The notes under the pieces: generated by a model
Database searches by the model: none
Seen by the model: the letters and a program-made list of their open reading frames with translations, nothing else
Told to the model about the DNA's origin: nothing
Position numbers and translations under genes: made by a program
In this document: positions 46,332 through 57,720 of the stretch, piece after piece
Layout of the letters: each line of letters begins with the position of its first letter
How positions within the stretch are numbered: position 1 is the stretch's first letter
Assembly: GCA_964420035.1 (NCBI GenBank)
Contig: CAYQQR010000006.1
Location: 28,885 to 92,884 of the forward strand
Source of the DNA: an uncultured Bacteroidaceae bacterium
GTDB lineage: Bacteria; Bacteroidota; Bacteroidia; Bacteroidales; SM23-62
Length of the DNA stretch: 64,000 bases
Direction of reading: 5' to 3'

Positions 46332-46865
46332 ATGGCTGGTAATGAAGAAATCATTTCCTATCGTGGTGTTTTAAATTTCGAGACCATCGGAATTCTCCTT
46401 AGTGAACTTAAGTTCAAAAAAATCACTTATCATATTCATCAGGCCATCTACAAAAAGATCATCACCCTGATGATCGAATCACTGGAAAATATTTTTAAGT
46501 ATTCTGAAAATTTCAGAGAATTTGTAAATCAAAATCCCGAGCACAATCCTTCTTTTGTTTTGTCAAGATCCGATTGTTGTTACGAAATAGAGATTAATAA
46601 TCCCCTCAAAAAAACCGATCGATCTTCACTTTCCAGCAAACTGGATAAAATAAATACCCTCGATTATAAAGGTATCAAGCATGAATACAGAAAAACCATC
46701 ACCAACGGTCAGTTTACAGAAAAAGGCGGGGCCGGTCTGGGGTTCCTGGAGATGGCCAAAGTCACCAGGAACAAGCTCAAGTACAATATTGAAAAAATCA
46801 ACAGCGAATTCGATTGTTTCCGCCTGACCCTTACCCTGAATTACCACAAGACCTCAAAGAGTTGA
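46332..46865 (+). CDS. SiaB-like / GHKL-type small kinase (anti-sigma-kinase-like)
   Basis: 177 aa. The N-box-like region LMIESLENIFKYS and the G-box GGAGLGFLEMAK fit the SiaB-type kinases that pair with DUF1987 proteins. The call is by recall. Confidence 0.6.
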   Translation: MAGNEEIISYRGVLNFETIGILLSELKFKKITYHIHQAIYKKIITLMIESLENIFKYSENFREFVNQNPEHNPSFVLSRSDCCYEIEINNPLKKTDRSSLSSKLDKINTLDYKGIKHEYRKTITNGQFTEKGGAGLGFLEMAKVTRNKLKYNIEKINSEFDCFRLTLTLNYHKTSKS

Positions 46866-46989
46866 CCACGGACCACAGACCACAGTAAGGCTTGGGAAAT
46901 ACTATATTAAAAACTTGTAACAGGAATTGTTTTAAAAGCCCGGAATAATTTCGGATTTTTTTTCAAGTACCGTCGTCTGTGGTCCGTGG
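46866..46989. repeat. Inverted 14-nt arms built from 7-nt-period units, enclosing a weak terminator
   Basis: ccacggaccacaga at 46866-46879 is the exact reverse complement of tctgtggtccgtgg at 46976-46989. The hairpin ccggaa-taa-tttcgg plus a T8 run lies between them at 46940-46963. Confidence 0.85.
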
Positions 46990-47185
46990 TCTTCCCCGTG
47001 GTCCATCCTTGTTTAATATATCTTGCATGAAAGGGTCATCGAAATTGTCCAGAATCGAACAATACTGTTCAGAAAAGAAACAACCATTGATTTTATCAGA
47101 AGGGTTTGATCAAGTTTAAAACAAAGGTATACAACTACTTAACTCATTTGGCATGAAATATGAGGTTAAAAGAAAAACATCCGGC

Positions 47186-49615
47186 ATGATCAAGAATTTT
47201 ATTATAGTAACTTTCCGCAATTTCCTGCGTCAAAAGTCCTATTCCCTGATCAACCTGCTTGGCCTATCCATTGGATTGGCTTGCAGTATACTGATAGCGC
47301 TTTTTATTTTCTTTGAGTTAAGCTACGACCGTTTTCATGAAAAATCGGACCGGATATACCGGTTGTATGTGGATGGGAAACTGGGCTCGGAGGATTTGTT
47401 AAGTGCCTGGACCGCGGCACCCAATGCCAAAGCATATCTCGAGGAGCATCCTGAGATTATTGAGGCTATTCGCGTGATGCGGTGGAGCGATGTTTTGTTT
47501 TCCATAGGGGACAGGCATTACCTTGAGGACCATGTATATTTTGTGGACTCTACCTTCTTAACGATGTTTGATTTTCCCATGATACAGGGTGATCCTGCCT
47601 CGGTATTGAAAGAACCCTACACGATGGTGCTCACAGAGGATATTGCCGAGAAATATTTTGGATCCGGCGACCCTGTGGGAAAAATTCTGAAGATGAACCA
47701 GGATACCACTTATTACCGGGTGACCGGCGTCGTTAGCAATCCGCCCCCGAACAGCCATTTCGAATTTGACCTGCTTTTATCCATTAACAGTTATGAACGG
47801 AGCAGAAGTGAATCCTGGCTCAGTAATTTCCTGCATACCTATTTTGTCGTTGAACAGGGGACGGATATCGATAAGCTGGAAGCGAATATGCGGGAAACGA
47901 CAGCGAAGTATATTGGTCCGCAACTGGAACAGGTTTTAGGTATCGGGGTTGAAGAATTTGAAGCCGGCGGGGATTCTTACGGTCATTTCCTGCAGCCCCT
48001 TGCCGATATTCATTTGAACACGGAGATCGGTCATTCCATGAAGCCATCCAATGAGAAAAAGTACATCTATATCTTTGGTGCGGTGGCTTTCTTCATCATC
48101 CTGATCGCCTGCATCAATTACATGAACCTGGCTACGGCCCGCTCGGCGAATCGCTCCAGGGAGATCGGGCTACGAAAGGTGGTGGGTTCCGGCCGGGGTT
48201 TGATCAGAAGGCAGTTTCTTGTTGAGTCCGTCTTCATGACCGTCCTGGCATTGCTGATAGCGATCGTATTTGTCGAGATCGCCCTGCCGGGTTTTAATAA
48301 CATCATGGGGCTGGACCTTTCCCCTGAATATTTCAGAAAATGGTACCTGATCCCTGCCCTTATTGTACTGGCTGTTTTTGTCGGCCTGCTGGCCGGAAGC
48401 TACCCGGCTTTTTATCTTTCCTCTTTCCGCCCGGTGAATATCCTTAGCGGTAAACTGCAACAAGGCGTTAAGAGCGGATGGCTCAGAAGTACCCTGGTGG
48501 TTTTGCAGTTCTGCATTTCCATCATCATCATCGTGGCCACCATTGTTACCTACAGGCAATTGCAATATATGATGAACAAGGACCTGGGGTTCGACAAGGA
48601 AAGACTGTTGCTGATCCAAAGGGCCTCCGACCTGGAAGGGAAAATAGACCTCTTCAAGGAAGAAATGAAAAATCTGCCCGGTGTGACCTCCATTACCAAT
48701 TCTACTGCAGTTCCCGGTTACCCGAACAACCACAACGGGTATCAGCTCGAGGGACAGCCCACCAGCAATACCTACCTGATGCAGACCATCTGGGTGGATT
48801 ATGATTATTTAAAGACCTACGGACTGGAACTTGCCGAAGGCAGGTTCTTTGATCCCGACCTGGCTTCCGACAGCAGTGCTGCAGTGATCAACCAGGCTGC
48901 CGTTAAAGCATTTAACCTCGAGAATCCCATGGACAACCGGTTTATACAACCAGGGGAAAGCATGGAAGACCGCACCTTTCACCAGGTTATCGGGGTTGTC
49001 AAAGACTTTCACTATGTTTCCCTGCACCACGAGATCGGTCCGGCCGTATTTCTTTTTAAGGACCCGGAATGGGATTGGACGGGCTGGCTGACTATTAAAC
49101 TGAAGCCCAATACCATCAAACAAACGGTTAAGCAAATAGAGGATCAGTGGAAGGAACTTACAAACAACAAACCTTTCGAATACCGCTTCCTGGATGAAGA
49201 CTTTGACCGCCGGTACCAGGAAGAGGATCGAACCCGCAAGCTATTTACCATCTTTGCCATTTTTGCCTTGTTAGTTGCTACCCTGGGTTTGTACGGGCTG
49301 GCTGCATTTACAACGGAACAGCGAACCAAAGAGATAGGCATCCGGAAAGTTATGGGGGCATCCCTGTCCAGGATCGTTATGCTCCTGTCAAAAGAAACAT
49401 TGATCCTGGTAAGCATTGCAACCCTGATCGCCTGGCCCGTGGCTTATTACTTTATGCGCAACTGGTTGCAGGATTTCCCCTATCGCATCGATATACCCTG
49501 GGAAGTATTTCCACTGTCCATGATCCTGGCCCTGATCGTTGCTTTGATCACGGTAAGTGCCCAGGCTCTTGCAGCAGCCAGCCGGAACCCGGCTGAATCG
49601 CTGCGTTACGAGTAA
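47186..49615 (+). CDS. ABC transporter permease, FtsX/MacB-like with two permease modules
   Basis: Start taken at MIKNFIIVTFRNFLRQK, the usual N-terminus of this family; the ORF is open from 47153. It has a MacB-like periplasmic domain and two FtsX-type 4-TM modules. Confidence 0.88.
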   Translation: MIKNFIIVTFRNFLRQKSYSLINLLGLSIGLACSILIALFIFFELSYDRFHEKSDRIYRLYVDGKLGSEDLLSAWTAAPNAKAYLEEHPEIIEAIRVMRWSDVLFSIGDRHYLEDHVYFVDSTFLTMFDFPMIQGDPASVLKEPYTMVLTEDIAEKYFGSGDPVGKILKMNQDTTYYRVTGVVSNPPPNSHFEFDLLLSINSYERSRSESWLSNFLHTYFVVEQGTDIDKLEANMRETTAKYIGPQLEQVLGIGVEEFEAGGDSYGHFLQPLADIHLNTEIGHSMKPSNEKKYIYIFGAVAFFIILIACINYMNLATARSANRSREIGLRKVVGSGRGLIRRQFLVESVFMTVLALLIAIVFVEIALPGFNNIMGLDLSPEYFRKWYLIPALIVLAVFVGLLAGSYPAFYLSSFRPVNILSGKLQQGVKSGWLRSTLVVLQFCISIIIIVATIVTYRQLQYMMNKDLGFDKERLLLIQRASDLEGKIDLFKEEMKNLPGVTSITNSTAVPGYPNNHNGYQLEGQPTSNTYLMQTIWVDYDYLKTYGLELAEGRFFDPDLASDSSAAVINQAAVKAFNLENPMDNRFIQPGESMEDRTFHQVIGVVKDFHYVSLHHEIGPAVFLFKDPEWDWTGWLTIKLKPNTIKQTVKQIEDQWKELTNNKPFEYRFLDEDFDRRYQEEDRTRKLFTIFAIFALLVATLGLYGLAAFTTEQRTKEIGIRKVMGASLSRIVMLLSKETLILVSIATLIAWPVAYYFMRNWLQDFPYRIDIPWEVFPLSMILALIVALITVSAQALAAASRNPAESLRYE

Positions 49616-49619
49616 GAGA

Positions 49620-49852
49620 TCAGCGGATCATTAGTTTCTGTTGCATACCAACGGAACCGGATATTAACCGGAGCATATACAAACCAGGTTTTAGCTGATG
49701 CCGGATACTCAAGGTCCTGCCATAAAGCTTGAATTGTTCCCGGTGTAGAATCCGGCCATTCAAATCCATGACAGAAAGCTCAATCGGATCAACCAGCTGC
49801 TCCGGCCGGTGTAAAAGACACTAACAGGCAACAAGAGTAAGATTCTTCTCAT
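49620..49852 (-). pseudogene. Remnant of a T9SS cargo gene: signal peptide joined out of frame to a C-terminal sorting domain
   Basis: My hand translation of the minus strand gives ATG-MRRILLLLPVSVFYTG..., which stops after 30 codons. A second frame is open over 49623-49820 and reads LVDPIELSVMDLNGRILHREQFKLYGRTLSIRHQLKPGLYMLRLISGSVGMQQKLMIR*, a typical Por/T9SS CTD. Confidence 0.55.
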
Positions 49853-49967
49853 GGTCCAGCATTTAAGCGAATGTCCAGATCACAAATTTAGCGATTTAAG
49901 AACATGCCCGATTTGAACTTTAGATTAATTTTCACGAATGTTGATTGTGACTGGATGAAAAACCAAT

Positions 49968-50714
49968 TCAGCCACCTTGCTTCTTCTTAAGTGCTCTATC
50001 CAGGTCTTCCGGCGTATCGATCCCAAAGACCTGGTAATCAACCTTCACTGTTTTTATCCGGTACCCGTTCTCGAGCCAGCGGAGTTGTTCCAGTGATTCC
50101 GCTTTTTCAAGCAGGCTGGGTTCCAGCAAGGTTATTTCTTTGAGTACGGGCACCCTGAATGCATAGATCCCTATATGATGATAGAAAGGAATATTTTCCT
50201 TTTCAACCAGGTTGGGGTCACGGATGAAAGGGATAGCATGACGGGAGAAGTACAGGGCATAATTGTCATGGTCCAGAACCACTTTTACCTTGGTGTTATT
50301 GAAGATATCCCTTTTATTCTTGACCCGGGTAACCGGGGTTGCGATCATAACCTCCGGTACTTCGAAACTCTTCATTAAGGATTGAAGAACTCCAGGTTCC
50401 AGGAAGGGTTCGTCCCCCTGGATATTCAGGACGATGTCATAGCTCTGTTCTTCCTTCTGTAATATTCGTAAAGCTTCCGCTACACGGTCGGTGCCGCTGG
50501 GATGCTTCGGGTCGGTCATCAATGCACGGCCGCCATGTTGGTGGACATGATCCAATACGCGGGTATCATCGGTAGCTACGTGTACATGCTCCAATGCTTT
50601 TCGTGCCTGTTCATATACACGCATGACCATGCTTGTTCCCTGAATATCGGCTAATGCTTTCCCGGGGAAGCGCGTGGAAGCATAACGGGCCGGTATGATA
50701 GCAATAAATTTCAT
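49968..50714 (-). CDS. kdsB: 3-deoxy-manno-octulosonate cytidylyltransferase (CMP-KDO synthetase)
   Basis: 248 aa with N-terminal IIPARYASTRFPGK and NIQGDEP motifs. Confidence 0.93.
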   Translation of the reverse strand: MKFIAIIPARYASTRFPGKALADIQGTSMVMRVYEQARKALEHVHVATDDTRVLDHVHQHGGRALMTDPKHPSGTDRVAEALRILQKEEQSYDIVLNIQGDEPFLEPGVLQSLMKSFEVPEVMIATPVTRVKNKRDIFNNTKVKVVLDHDNYALYFSRHAIPFIRDPNLVEKENIPFYHHIGIYAFRVPVLKEITLLEPSLLEKAESLEQLRWLENGYRIKTVKVDYQVFGIDTPEDLDRALKKKQGG

Positions 50715-50763
50715 GATGGATCAGATTCGCGTTATGAAGTTACTAAAAATGGATACAAAATTG

Positions 50764-50771
50764 TAATTTTG
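50764..50771 (+). promoter_or_regulatory. Candidate -7 box TAATTTTG
   Basis: It matches TAnnTTTG and lies 49 nt upstream of the ATG at 50821. Confidence 0.35.
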
Positions 50772-50820
50772 TCATACCATACAGGTTATTTTGTCAGTTA
50801 AAAGAGTAGTCTACGAAAGT

Positions 50821-52053
50821 ATGAATATACAAGTGGTTAAACAACGATTTGCTATCATTGGAAATGCTCCGGCTTTAAACCGGGCCATCGACATTGCCCT
50901 GCAGGTGGCGCCCACGGATCTTTCTGTCCTGATCAGCGGGGAAAGCGGGACGGGGAAGGAACATTTTCCCCAGATCATTCATGCCTACAGTTCCAGGAAG
51001 CACGGACAATATTTTAGTGTAAACTGTGGAGCCATCCCCGAGGGGACCATCGATTCCGAGTTGTTCGGGCACGAGAAGGGAGCATTTACGGGGGCCCACG
51101 AAACAAGGAAGGGCTATTTTGAAGTGGCCAACGGCGGGACCATTTTTTTGGACGAGGTGGCTGAATTGCCTCCTCCCACGCAGGTCAGGTTGCTCAGGGT
51201 ACTGGAATTGGGTGAATTCATCCGGGTGGGTTCTTCAAAGTTGCAGAAAACCAACGTGCGGGTTATTGCAGCCACCAACGTGGATATCCTGGAAGCGGTG
51301 AAAAAGAACCGTTTCCGGGAAGATCTGTTTTACCGCCTGAATACCGTACCCATCTCTGTTCCGCCCCTGAGGGAGCGTAAGGAAGACATACATCTTCTGT
51401 TCAGAAAGTTCGCCAGTGATTTTGCAGAAAAGAACAGGATGCCTGTCCTGAGTCTTACGGAAGATGCCATCAAGATGCTTGAAAACTACCGTTGGCCGGG
51501 GAATGTACGGCAACTCAGAAATGTGGCGGAACAGATGTCTATCATAGAAGAAGAACGGACCGTAGATGCAGAGGCCCTGAGGAAATACCTGCCGGACTAT
51601 TTTGAAGATAAATTGCCGGCATTGTATGAGCAGACTGTGGATGAGCGCACTTTTAATACGGAAAGGGAGATCCTATACAAGATCCTGTTCGATATGCGCA
51701 GCGACATGAACGATCTGAAAAAGCTGGTCCTGGAGATCATGCAGCATGGCGTGGATCATGAGGAGGTGCAGGAGCAGCATGCCCGTACCATAAGGAAGCT
51801 GTATGAAAGCGTGGATGAATACGGGAATGGGGAAGAACAAACACCGGGAAAAGTTGAGGACCGGGAAGATCATCCTATCGTGGATACAGAAGAGATCCTT
51901 GAGGAATCACTGTCCCTTGAAGAAAAGGAAAAAGAATTGATAAGAAAAGCTTTGGAAAAGCACCGTGGAAAACGTAAATATGCAGCGGAAGACCTGGGTA
52001 TATCCGAGCGTACCTTATACAGGAAGATCAAAGAATATGACATTGACTCGTAA
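50821..52053 (+). CDS. Sigma-54-dependent transcriptional activator (AAA+ core and Fis-type HTH, no N-terminal sensor domain)
   Basis: Walker A GESGTGKE, the GAFTGA loop, and the C-terminal HTH AAEDLGISERTLYRKIKEY. The track start at 50791 is a TTG. Confidence 0.85.
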   Translation: MNIQVVKQRFAIIGNAPALNRAIDIALQVAPTDLSVLISGESGTGKEHFPQIIHAYSSRKHGQYFSVNCGAIPEGTIDSELFGHEKGAFTGAHETRKGYFEVANGGTIFLDEVAELPPPTQVRLLRVLELGEFIRVGSSKLQKTNVRVIAATNVDILEAVKKNRFREDLFYRLNTVPISVPPLRERKEDIHLLFRKFASDFAEKNRMPVLSLTEDAIKMLENYRWPGNVRQLRNVAEQMSIIEEERTVDAEALRKYLPDYFEDKLPALYEQTVDERTFNTEREILYKILFDMRSDMNDLKKLVLEIMQHGVDHEEVQEQHARTIRKLYESVDEYGNGEEQTPGKVEDREDHPIVDTEEILEESLSLEEKEKELIRKALEKHRGKRKYAAEDLGISERTLYRKIKEYDIDS

Positions 52054-52576
52054 ATTATTCAGCGGATGGAGGCGTACCCGGACTTGGATGTTTTTGTTGA
52101 TCCTTCTGGCTTCAGCAGGCTCATGCAAGATCAGATACACCTTTACCGGGGCCAGCATTCCGGCTGAAATGGAGACGGTTTCCGTACAGTATTTCCAAAA
52201 CCGGGCCCCCATCGTTCAGCCCACTTTGAGTCAGTATATTACGGAAGAGCTGAAGGATAAGGTGCAGTCCCAGACCAAGCTGCAGCTGGTGGCCGGATTG
52301 GGGGATGCCAATTTTGACGGCGAGATCACCAACTACAGTACTCGGCCCCAGGCCATTTCAGGAGCCGACCAGGCTGCACTCACCCGCTTTTCGGTTACGG
52401 TGAAGGTCAGGTTTACCAACACGATAGATCCGGAGTTGAATTTTGAACAGTCCTTCACCCACTATGAGGATTTCGACTCAAATCTGAATTTTGAATCGGT
52501 GGAACAAGATCTTTTAGAAGACATCATTGACCGGATCACCGAGGATATCTTTAACCGGGCTTTTGTCAATTGGTAA
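52037..52576 (+). CDS. LptE-like lipoprotein
   Basis: Start taken at MTLTRKLF with lipobox LASAGSC. It overlaps the activator stop by 17 nt. Both the sequence and its position upstream of secG resemble Bacteroidota LptE-family annotations, by recall. Confidence 0.55.
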   Translation: MTLTRKLFSGWRRTRTWMFLLILLASAGSCKIRYTFTGASIPAEMETVSVQYFQNRAPIVQPTLSQYITEELKDKVQSQTKLQLVAGLGDANFDGEITNYSTRPQAISGADQAALTRFSVTVKVRFTNTIDPELNFEQSFTHYEDFDSNLNFESVEQDLLEDIIDRITEDIFNRAFVNW

Positions 52577-52579
52577 ATT

Positions 52580-53272
52580 ATGGCACTTTCTCCTGACGAT
52601 ATCATTCAATATATCCGCAGACCCCAATTGCTGGATGAAGAACGTTCTGAAAAAATGGCCGGGCTGGTTCATGATTATCCCTGGTTCCAGACTGCCCACC
52701 TTCTGTATTTAAGGGCCTTGAAGAATATCAACAGCCTGAAATTTCCTGATGCATTAAGGTATGGAGCCACCTTCATCGGCAACCGCAGAAAATTGTTCTA
52801 TTTACTGCATGAGGATCTTTCCGCAGACCGTGAGCGGGAAATTCCGGTGGAAGAAGAAAAAGCTTCTGAAGAACCCCTCCGGAAAGAACCATCCGGGGAC
52901 ATGGAGCGGCCCCTTGCCCATTCTTTTACCGTTTGGCTGGAAGAATTCAGAAAGCAGGAAACTCCGGAAAGGCCCCTGGAAGAGGATGTCAGTAAGCAAA
53001 GGAAGTTGATAGATAAATTCATTGAAGAACGGCCCGGCATTAAAAAAACGCCAGTCCAGGAACCTCCGGGCGAACAAACCGACATTTCAATCCACAGTGT
53101 ACAACCCGATGAGGGTTTTCTGACAGAGACCCTGGCCCGTATTTATATCAAGCAAAAAAACTACGCCAAGGCCCGCTATATCTACGAGAAATTAAGTTTG
53201 AAATATCCCGAAAAAAGTGATTACTTTGCATCCCGGATTAAAGAGTTTAACGATCAGATAAAAGAGCAATAA
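52580..53272 (+). CDS. Hypothetical protein with a TPR-like C-terminus
   Basis: 230-aa ORF tightly packed between the lptE-like gene and secG. The C-terminus LARIYIKQKNYAKARYIYEKLSLKYPEKSDY looks TPR-like. Confidence 0.5.
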   Translation: MALSPDDIIQYIRRPQLLDEERSEKMAGLVHDYPWFQTAHLLYLRALKNINSLKFPDALRYGATFIGNRRKLFYLLHEDLSADREREIPVEEEKASEEPLRKEPSGDMERPLAHSFTVWLEEFRKQETPERPLEEDVSKQRKLIDKFIEERPGIKKTPVQEPPGEQTDISIHSVQPDEGFLTETLARIYIKQKNYAKARYIYEKLSLKYPEKSDYFASRIKEFNDQIKEQ

Positions 53273-53273
53273 T

Positions 53274-53618
53274 ATGTTTACCTTAATTGCTGTATTGATA
53301 ACGATCACCTGTGTCTTGTTGATCCTCATTGTTCTGGTGCAGAATTCAAAAGGTGGGGGATTGGCTTCCAATTTCCAGTCTTCCAATCAGGTCATGGGTG
53401 TGCGCCGCACTACCGATTTTCTTGAGAAAGCTACCTGGACCCTGGCCGCGAGTCTTGTGGTCCTGAGTTTACTGGCCAGTGTATTCATTCCCAAACCCGA
53501 CCAGGTGCAGGATTCCGTTATTGAAAACCGTCTGGACAATACTTTTGATCCTTCCCAGGTACCTCAGTTCCCTACAACCGTGCCCGGGCAGGATGAAGGG
53601 GATGATTCAGAGCAGTAA
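53274..53618 (+). CDS. secG: Preprotein translocase subunit SecG
   Basis: 114 aa with two TM helices and the LVQNSKGGGL motif. Confidence 0.85.
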   Translation: MFTLIAVLITITCVLLILIVLVQNSKGGGLASNFQSSNQVMGVRRTTDFLEKATWTLAASLVVLSLLASVFIPKPDQVQDSVIENRLDNTFDPSQVPQFPTTVPGQDEGDDSEQ

Positions 53619-53651
53619 CAGCTTTTTTAGGTCCGAAGGATTTTACAGAAT

Positions 53652-53687
53652 GACCTGACAGCTTTTCTAACCCTGTCAGGTCTTTTT
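53652..53687 (+). terminator. Intrinsic terminator after secG
   Basis: A perfect 10-bp stem gacctgacag/ctgtcaggtc with an 11-nt loop, followed by TTTTT. Confidence 0.75.
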
Positions 53688-53817
53688 GTTTCCAGTCTGA
53701 CAAAGTGGCTGAACCGGGACGTTACAGGAGCGCTTTTGAGCTTTTTTTATGCTTTGGCATAAAATGTGAAAATAAAAGAGCGAATTCAAAAATGTATAAC
53801 ATTTAAACCATAAAGAA

Positions 53818-54093
53818 ATGGCTGTAAAAATTAAACCATTGGCTGACCGGGTTGTGATTGAACCCATGGAAGCTGAAGAAAAAACCACCAGCGGTATCAT
53901 CATCCCGGATACTGCTAAAGAAAAACCCCAAAAAGGAACTGTCGTTGCTGTTGGTCCGGGTACCAACGATGAAAAGATGGAAGTTAAAAACGGAGATGTT
54001 GTATTGTACGGTAAATACTCCGGTACCGAATTAAAAATGGATGGCAAGGATTATCTGATCATGAAACAGTCGGATATTCTGGCTATTGTATAA
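53818..54093 (+). CDS. groES: Co-chaperonin GroES
   Basis: 91 aa, classic sequence [12 protein letters not shown]...[16 protein letters not shown]. Confidence 0.97.
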   Translation: MAVKIKPLADRVVIEPMEAEEKTTSGIIIPDTAKEKPQKGTVVAVGPGTNDEKMEVKNGDVVLYGKYSGTELKMDGKDYLIMKQSDILAIV

Positions 54094-55761
<1,668 letters not shown>

Positions 55762-55785
55762 TCGGTTCCGTATATAGTTTCAAAG

Positions 55786-55811
55786 AACCCCTGCCTTGCA
55801 GGGGTTTTTTT
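55786..55811 (+). terminator. Intrinsic terminator after groEL
   Basis: aacccctgc-ctt-gcaggggtt forms a 9-bp stem, followed by a T-run. Confidence 0.8.
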
Positions 55812-55825
55812 ATGTCAATATGATT

Positions 55826-55833
55826 TATCTTTG
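55826..55833 (+). promoter_or_regulatory. Candidate -7 box TATCTTTG for lepA
   Basis: It matches TAnnTTTG. Only 7 nt separate it from the lepA ATG at 55841, which implies a leaderless or near-leaderless transcript. Confidence 0.35.
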
Positions 55834-55840
55834 CCGGACA

Positions 55841-57628
55841 ATGGAGCACATCAGAAACTTTTGCATCATAGCCCATATCGATCACGGGAAAAGTACCCTG
55901 GCTGACAGATTGCTGGAGGTCACCCACACCCTTACCGAAAGGGAAACCAAGGAACAGGTCCTTGACAGTATGGACCTGGAGCGGGAAAGGGGGATCACCA
56001 TTAAGAGTCATGCCATACAGATGAAATATACTCATGAGGGGCAGAACTATATCTTAAACCTGATCGATACTCCCGGGCATGTTGATTTTTCATACGAAGT
56101 CAGCCGTTCCATTGCTGCCTGCGAGGGTGCATTGTTGATTGTCGACACTACCCAGGGAATACAGGCCCAGACCATTTCGAACCTTTACCTGGCTTTGGAG
56201 CACGACCTGGAGATCATCCCCATCATGAACAAGATGGACCTGGAAGCCGCCCAGCCCGATATCGTGCAGGACCAGATCATCGACCTGATCGGCTGCACGG
56301 GGGAAGATATCATCCGGGCCAGCGGTAAAACGGGTATGGGGGTGGATGCCATCCTGGAAGGCATCATCCATCGTATTCCGGCGCCAAAAGGAGATACCGG
56401 TGCTCCTCTTCAAGCGCTTATTTTTGATTCCATGTTCAATTCCTTCCGGGGCATCATTGCCTATTTCCGGATATTTAACGGCAGGATCCGCCAAGGTGAT
56501 TTTGTAAAATTCATGGCCACCGGCAAAAAGTATAATGCCGATGAGATCGGCATTCTCCGGTTAACCCAGCACCCGAAAGAAGAACTATCAGCCGGGGATG
56601 TGGGTTACATCATTTCGGGCATCAAAATGGCCAAGGAGGTTAAGGTGGGCGATACCATTACCCACGTGGATCATTCCTGTGAAAAGGCTATTGCAGGATT
56701 TAAGGATGTTAAACCCATGGTTTTTGCCGGGATTTACCCGGTAGATGCCGACGATTATGAAGAGCTGAGGGCCTCCATGGAAAAACTGCAGCTTAATGAC
56801 GCGTCCCTTACTTTTGAACCGGAATCTTCTGCAGCATTGGGCTTTGGTTTCCGGTGCGGCTTTCTCGGTCTTTTGCATATGGAGATCATCCAGGAACGGC
56901 TCGACCGGGAATTCGACATGGATGTGATCACTACCGTTCCTAATGTTTCCTATAAAGTGTACACCACTAAAGGAGAATTCGTAGAGGTCCACAATCCATC
57001 CGGACTGCCGGAATCAACCCTTATCGACAGGATAGAGGAACCTTATATCCGCGCCAGCATCATCACCAAATCAGACTACGTGGGTCCCATCATGAACCTC
57101 TGTATCGACAAACGCGGTACCCTGAAAAACCAGGTTTACCTGACCAGCGACCGGGTGGAGATAACCGTGGAATTGCCCCTGGCCGATATCGTGTTCGACT
57201 TTTACGACAAGCTGAAAAGTATTTCCAGGGGGTACGCCTCTTTCGATTATTACATCACCGGCTACCGGGTGGCTAACCTGGTCCGCCTCGACATCCTGTT
57301 GAACGGTGAAATGGTTGATGCCCTGTCAACCCTCATTCACAGGGATAATGCCTACGATTTCGGACGGAGAATATGCGTCAAGCTCAAAGAGTTAATACCG
57401 CGGCAGCAGTTCGAAATTGCCATACAGGCAGCCATCGGCACCAAGATTATTGCACGGGAAACTGTAAAAGCACTGCGTAAAGATGTAACGGCAAAATGTT
57501 ATGGAGGCGATATCACCAGGAAGAGGAAACTGCTTGAAAAACAAAAGAAAGGCAAGAAAAGAATGCGGCAGGTAGGCAATGTGGAGGTTCCCCAGACTGC
57601 TTTTTTGGCCGTGCTTAAATTAGATTAA
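55841..57628 (+). CDS. lepA: Elongation factor 4 (LepA)
   Basis: Start taken at [23 protein letters not shown]. Motifs DTPGHVDF and NKMD, plus the characteristic LepA C-terminal domain. Confidence 0.96.
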   Translation: MEHIRNFCIIAHIDHGKSTLADRLLEVTHTLTERETKEQVLDSMDLERERGITIKSHAIQMKYTHEGQNYILNLIDTPGHVDFSYEVSRSIAACEGALLIVDTTQGIQAQTISNLYLALEHDLEIIPIMNKMDLEAAQPDIVQDQIIDLIGCTGEDIIRASGKTGMGVDAILEGIIHRIPAPKGDTGAPLQALIFDSMFNSFRGIIAYFRIFNGRIRQGDFVKFMATGKKYNADEIGILRLTQHPKEELSAGDVGYIISGIKMAKEVKVGDTITHVDHSCEKAIAGFKDVKPMVFAGIYPVDADDYEELRASMEKLQLNDASLTFEPESSAALGFGFRCGFLGLLHMEIIQERLDREFDMDVITTVPNVSYKVYTTKGEFVEVHNPSGLPESTLIDRIEEPYIRASIITKSDYVGPIMNLCIDKRGTLKNQVYLTSDRVEITVELPLADIVFDFYDKLKSISRGYASFDYYITGYRVANLVRLDILLNGEMVDALSTLIHRDNAYDFGRRICVKLKELIPRQQFEIAIQAAIGTKIIARETVKALRKDVTAKCYGGDITRKRKLLEKQKKGKKRMRQVGNVEVPQTAFLAVLKLD

Positions 57629-57720
57629 TTTAGATTGATTAAATTTATACCCGATTTCCATTCCCAGTTTTGAAGCGCATCGTTGTTTTGTCTATTATTG
57701 TCGCAAAATAAACAGATGAC

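Noticed and set aside
53688-53817. A CIRCE operator or sigma-54 promoter upstream of groES. The sequence ctttggcataaaatgtg contains TGGCA.
   Set aside because: There is no TTAGCACTC-N9-GAGTGCTAA inverted repeat. The TGGCA is not followed by a TTGC element at the -12 spacing.
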